Shown: piece by piece, positions 61,288 to 64,000 of the stretch
Layout of the letters: each line of letters begins with the position of its first letter
How positions within the stretch are numbered: position 1 is the first letter of the stretch
Assembly: GCA_003216975.1 (NCBI GenBank)
Contig: QCHY01000006.1
Coordinates: forward strand, 13,972 to 77,971
DNA from: Prochlorococcus sp. AG-402-I20
GTDB taxonomy: Bacteria; Cyanobacteriota; Cyanobacteriia; PCC-6307; Cyanobiaceae
DNA: 64,000 nt
Reading direction: 5' to 3'
The notes under the pieces: model-generated
What the model was told of the DNA's origin: nothing
What the model saw: the letters and a program-made list of their open reading frames with translations, nothing else
The model's database searches: none
Translations under genes and position numbers: made by a program

Positions 61288-62067
61288 CTGATTTTTCAAA
61301 AATGGCTAAGTGACCTTGCAGGTGCATGGGTTTTTTACACGGTTTTGCCTCAATGGCCAATAATCAGACCGAGATTCAAAAGAATTGCTCGTTTTGCTCC
61401 TTTAATAGGGGTTTTGATTGGCTTTTTACAATCATTTTCTTGGCTTTTATTGAAATACTTTAATTGGCCAAATATTTCCGTCGCCTTGATATCTATTGCA
61501 ATAAGCATCTTCATAACTGGTGGACTACATATTGACGGCTTAATGGATACAGCTGATGGCATTGGTGCAGGACCATCAAAGCGAATTGAGGCAATGAAAG
61601 ACAGCAGAGTGGGGGCAATAGGTGTGCAAAGTTTAGTAATCATTTTGCTTCTTCAAATAGCAGCAATTATCAAACTTGGTTTTTATGCACCCTTCGCCTT
61701 CCCTTTAGCTGCATTTTGGGGAAGAGTCTCCCAAATCTTTGCAATTGAAAATTATGAATATATTTTCAAGAAAGAATCTCTTTCGTTTCATCATAAATAT
61801 TGGGAAGGGATACATAAAGAAATAAGACCATCCTTTATACTTCTTTCTCTAGGAATAATAATTTATCTCTTTTTCTCTAATTTAAATATATCTAATACTT
61901 TTTTATTAGTCTATTGCATTATATCAGGTTTTATAACTTCAATATTAATACCAAAATTAATAAACAACTCTTTGGGAGGACATAATGGCGATAGCTATGG
62001 GGCAAGTTTAGTTATAACAGAAACAACTAATTTATTACTATTAAGTATTATTTTGGTTCCAAATTAA
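61288..62067 (+). CDS. cobS: Adenosylcobinamide-GDP ribazoletransferase (cobalamin synthase); start probably non-canonical
   Basis: GGLHIDGLMDTADG, AMKDSRVGAIG, GHNGDSYGA; frame is open upstream of TTG 61345 through DLAGAWVFYTVLP. Confidence 0.88.
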   Translation: MIFQKWLSDLAGAWVFYTVLPQWPIIRPRFKRIARFAPLIGVLIGFLQSFSWLLLKYFNWPNISVALISIAISIFITGGLHIDGLMDTADGIGAGPSKRIEAMKDSRVGAIGVQSLVIILLLQIAAIIKLGFYAPFAFPLAAFWGRVSQIFAIENYEYIFKKESLSFHHKYWEGIHKEIRPSFILLSLGIIIYLFFSNLNISNTFLLVYCIISGFITSILIPKLINNSLGGHNGDSYGASLVITETTNLLLLSIILVPN

Positions 62068-63169
62068 AAACGAAAGCATTCCCTGATTCAGGTAAAGATT
62101 TTTTAAATGTACTGGGATTAACAAATAACTTTAAATCTCCACCTAATTGCCTAGCCAAATCTCTTGCAAGTGCTAGACCTATCCCACTTCCAGACATTTT
62201 CGAACCACTTTCACCTCTAAAACCTTTATCAAAAATCTTTTCTCTTTCATCCTCATTTATTGGGATGCCCTCATCCCAAATGCATATACTATCTTCAACT
62301 AACTCTATCCCTATGGATGATTGAGGAGGGCTATAACGAAATGCATTTTCCAACAAATTCGCAACAATTTCCGCAATAACGCCCTCTGAAATAGATCTTG
62401 ATTCCATCCATTCTGGCCATTCTGAAGGACTAAACCATTTTCTACCTTGCAAATTAGCTCTAGCTTTAGCTCTTTCAATCAATGGCTCTATTAGGCTTTT
62501 TACGCTGATATTTGTCTCAGTTGGCAAAAGGGGAGGCAAGAGCAATCTATTTGATCCATCATCAGCTTGAGGTAGTTTTACTTGACTTAGTTGATCTAGC
62601 GCCGAAAGATATTTATTAACTTGTGCTTGTTCTGAAATTAGTCCTTTCAAAAGATTTTCATGTTCACTCTCAGGGCCTATTTTTCTCAAAAGAAGTTTTG
62701 CATATGTTCCAAGAGCCGCTAATGGATTTCTTAATTGATGAACCATTAATGATATCTGCTCCTTTTGATCATCTAATTGATCTAACAACCTTTTTCTGTC
62801 TAGTTCAGAAGCAAGAGAGTTAGCCAGTAAAATTGACATTGATTGCAATCGTTGATCCAGAAATTCAGGCCATTCTTCCTCAGATGCAATTCGCTCCGCT
62901 CGAATAACCCCCAATAATATTGATCCTTCTTGTAGGGGGTACCACCTCCTATTGGAAGAGGGAGTACGTAGAGCGATATCAGTTTCTACTGGCTGTAATA
63001 TTTTTTCTGACTTAGGCCACTGTCCAACAACTTCCAAAGTGGGAGACCCACTGTCTCCAGATCGAGCTACATAAACAACAACATGTTCAAGTTCTTGATC
63101 AGCGTGAAAGCTCATCAACTGTTGTTGAACAAAATTCAAAAACCGTTCTGAATACTGCTTTGAGCTCAT
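62048..63169 (-). CDS. Sensor histidine kinase, Hik2/CSK-like
   Basis: H box MVHQLRNPL, N box NLLENAFRY, G boxes DEGIP and GSGIGL; N-terminal GAF-like region. Confidence 0.85.
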   Translation of the reverse strand: MSSKQYSERFLNFVQQQLMSFHADQELEHVVVYVARSGDSGSPTLEVVGQWPKSEKILQPVETDIALRTPSSNRRWYPLQEGSILLGVIRAERIASEEEWPEFLDQRLQSMSILLANSLASELDRKRLLDQLDDQKEQISLMVHQLRNPLAALGTYAKLLLRKIGPESEHENLLKGLISEQAQVNKYLSALDQLSQVKLPQADDGSNRLLLPPLLPTETNISVKSLIEPLIERAKARANLQGRKWFSPSEWPEWMESRSISEGVIAEIVANLLENAFRYSPPQSSIGIELVEDSICIWDEGIPINEDEREKIFDKGFRGESGSKMSGSGIGLALARDLARQLGGDLKLFVNPSTFKKSLPESGNAFVFNLEPK

Positions 63170-63480
63170 TATGCAATCTTAAAGAAGGGGAAAGAAGTAT
63201 TCAAAAACTTGAAAAATTTGAAAAAAGTATTAAGATGTAAATAAAGATTTTAGATCCTTAACAGGAGGTTATCTCAAATTTAATTAAAAAGTGAGCACTT
63301 TGAGTGACTTTGAGCTTCGGAAAAATTGATGGGTAATCTCCGTAGTCCACTTTTAATTATTTGAGAATAAATTTCCACCTCAATTTCAAATCTATTTTTC
63401 TAAAAAACTCTAGCTTCATTCAGAGCTAATTCAAAAAGAAAATCCCTAACACTCTCACCCCCAATAAAGGTAGTTTTTTC

Positions 63481-63849
63481 ATGTCTAAGAAGCGTAAAAG
63501 AATTAGCAGACGTCGACTTGCAGGCCAGCGAGTTATGTCTCATGTCCCTATCTTTCATTTAGGAACAGGCCAACACAAGCCAGTAACTGCTGCAAGACGC
63601 TTTATTGCTGAAGAGGGCTTATTTGCACCAGCGATACTGAATGTGCGTCGAAATGAACACACTACTGATCGTTTCTTCTGGGGAGAAAAAGGTTTGTTTA
63701 GTGCTCAATATGCCGAAGAGAATCACTTTCTTTTCCCTTCCCTGAGAGTTATTGTTGAATTTCTTGGTGAGGACAAAATCTTTGCAGGTTTAGAACTTAC
63801 AGCAGATGATTGGGAAGAAATCGAAGAGTATGAATACGCTTTTGTTTAA
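63481..63849 (+). CDS. Conserved cyanobacterial protein (DUF3155-like)
   Basis: Basic N-terminus RKRISRRRLAGQRV, KPVTAARRFI, RRNEHTTDRFFWGEKG, WEEIEEYEYAFV. Confidence 0.8.
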   Translation: MSKKRKRISRRRLAGQRVMSHVPIFHLGTGQHKPVTAARRFIAEEGLFAPAILNVRRNEHTTDRFFWGEKGLFSAQYAEENHFLFPSLRVIVEFLGEDKIFAGLELTADDWEEIEEYEYAFV

Positions 63850-64000
63850 CTTATAAATTCTTTTTTAATCTTTTCTCGGCAATGTTCAATTAGATCATTA
63901 GTTATTTCGTGGCCTCCATCAAAAAAATATAATTCTGATTTAACTCCATTTTTCAATAACATATCAAAGCTTTTTTGTGAAGCAGCCTTGGGAACTACTT
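63846..64000 (-). CDS. C-terminal fragment of an alpha/beta-hydrolase (carboxylesterase-like), cut by the window end
   Basis: Manual translation VVPKAASQKSFDMLLKNGVKSELYFFDGGHEITNDLIEHCREKIKKEFIS; VVP and GGHEI catalytic-His context. Confidence 0.7.
   Translation of the reverse strand, partial: VVPKAASQKSFDMLLKNGVKSELYFFDGGHEITNDLIEHCREKIKKEFIS

Overview
Low-GC marine picocyanobacterial chromosome segment. Gene content and order (complete cpeBA phycoerythrin-III cluster, DNA photolyase, TPR-methyltransferase gene) point to low-light clade I (NATL-like) Prochlorococcus; this is an inference from sequence recognition, not a database search. Most of the window is core genome: ctpA, minCDE, psbM/B/T, nrdR, rpsA, metK, cpe cluster, uvrD, selD, psbE-L-J, ycf48, rubA, ndhCKJ, chlD, phr, fabI, hisB, pyrE, psbK, tgt, cobS, hik2, plus three tRNAs (Thr-UGU, Phe-GAA, CAU). 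Main anomalies: (1) psbF is absent from the psbE(F)LJ operon, with only a 30-nt gap between psbE and psbL. (2) A 2,867-bp integrase-less cassette sits in tRNA-Phe, bounded by a 29-bp tRNA 3'-end direct repeat and five copies of an 11-bp TGGTATGGAAG arm-site-like motif, and carries one TPR/SAM-methyltransferase gene with a near-identical 102-bp internal repeat. (3) An unannotated 55-aa PsaM-like ORF lies just outside that cassette. (4) Conserved residues are lost: beta-phycoerythrin Asn72->His, and the Hik2 sensor domain has no Cys. Several long palindromes occur in regulatory positions.
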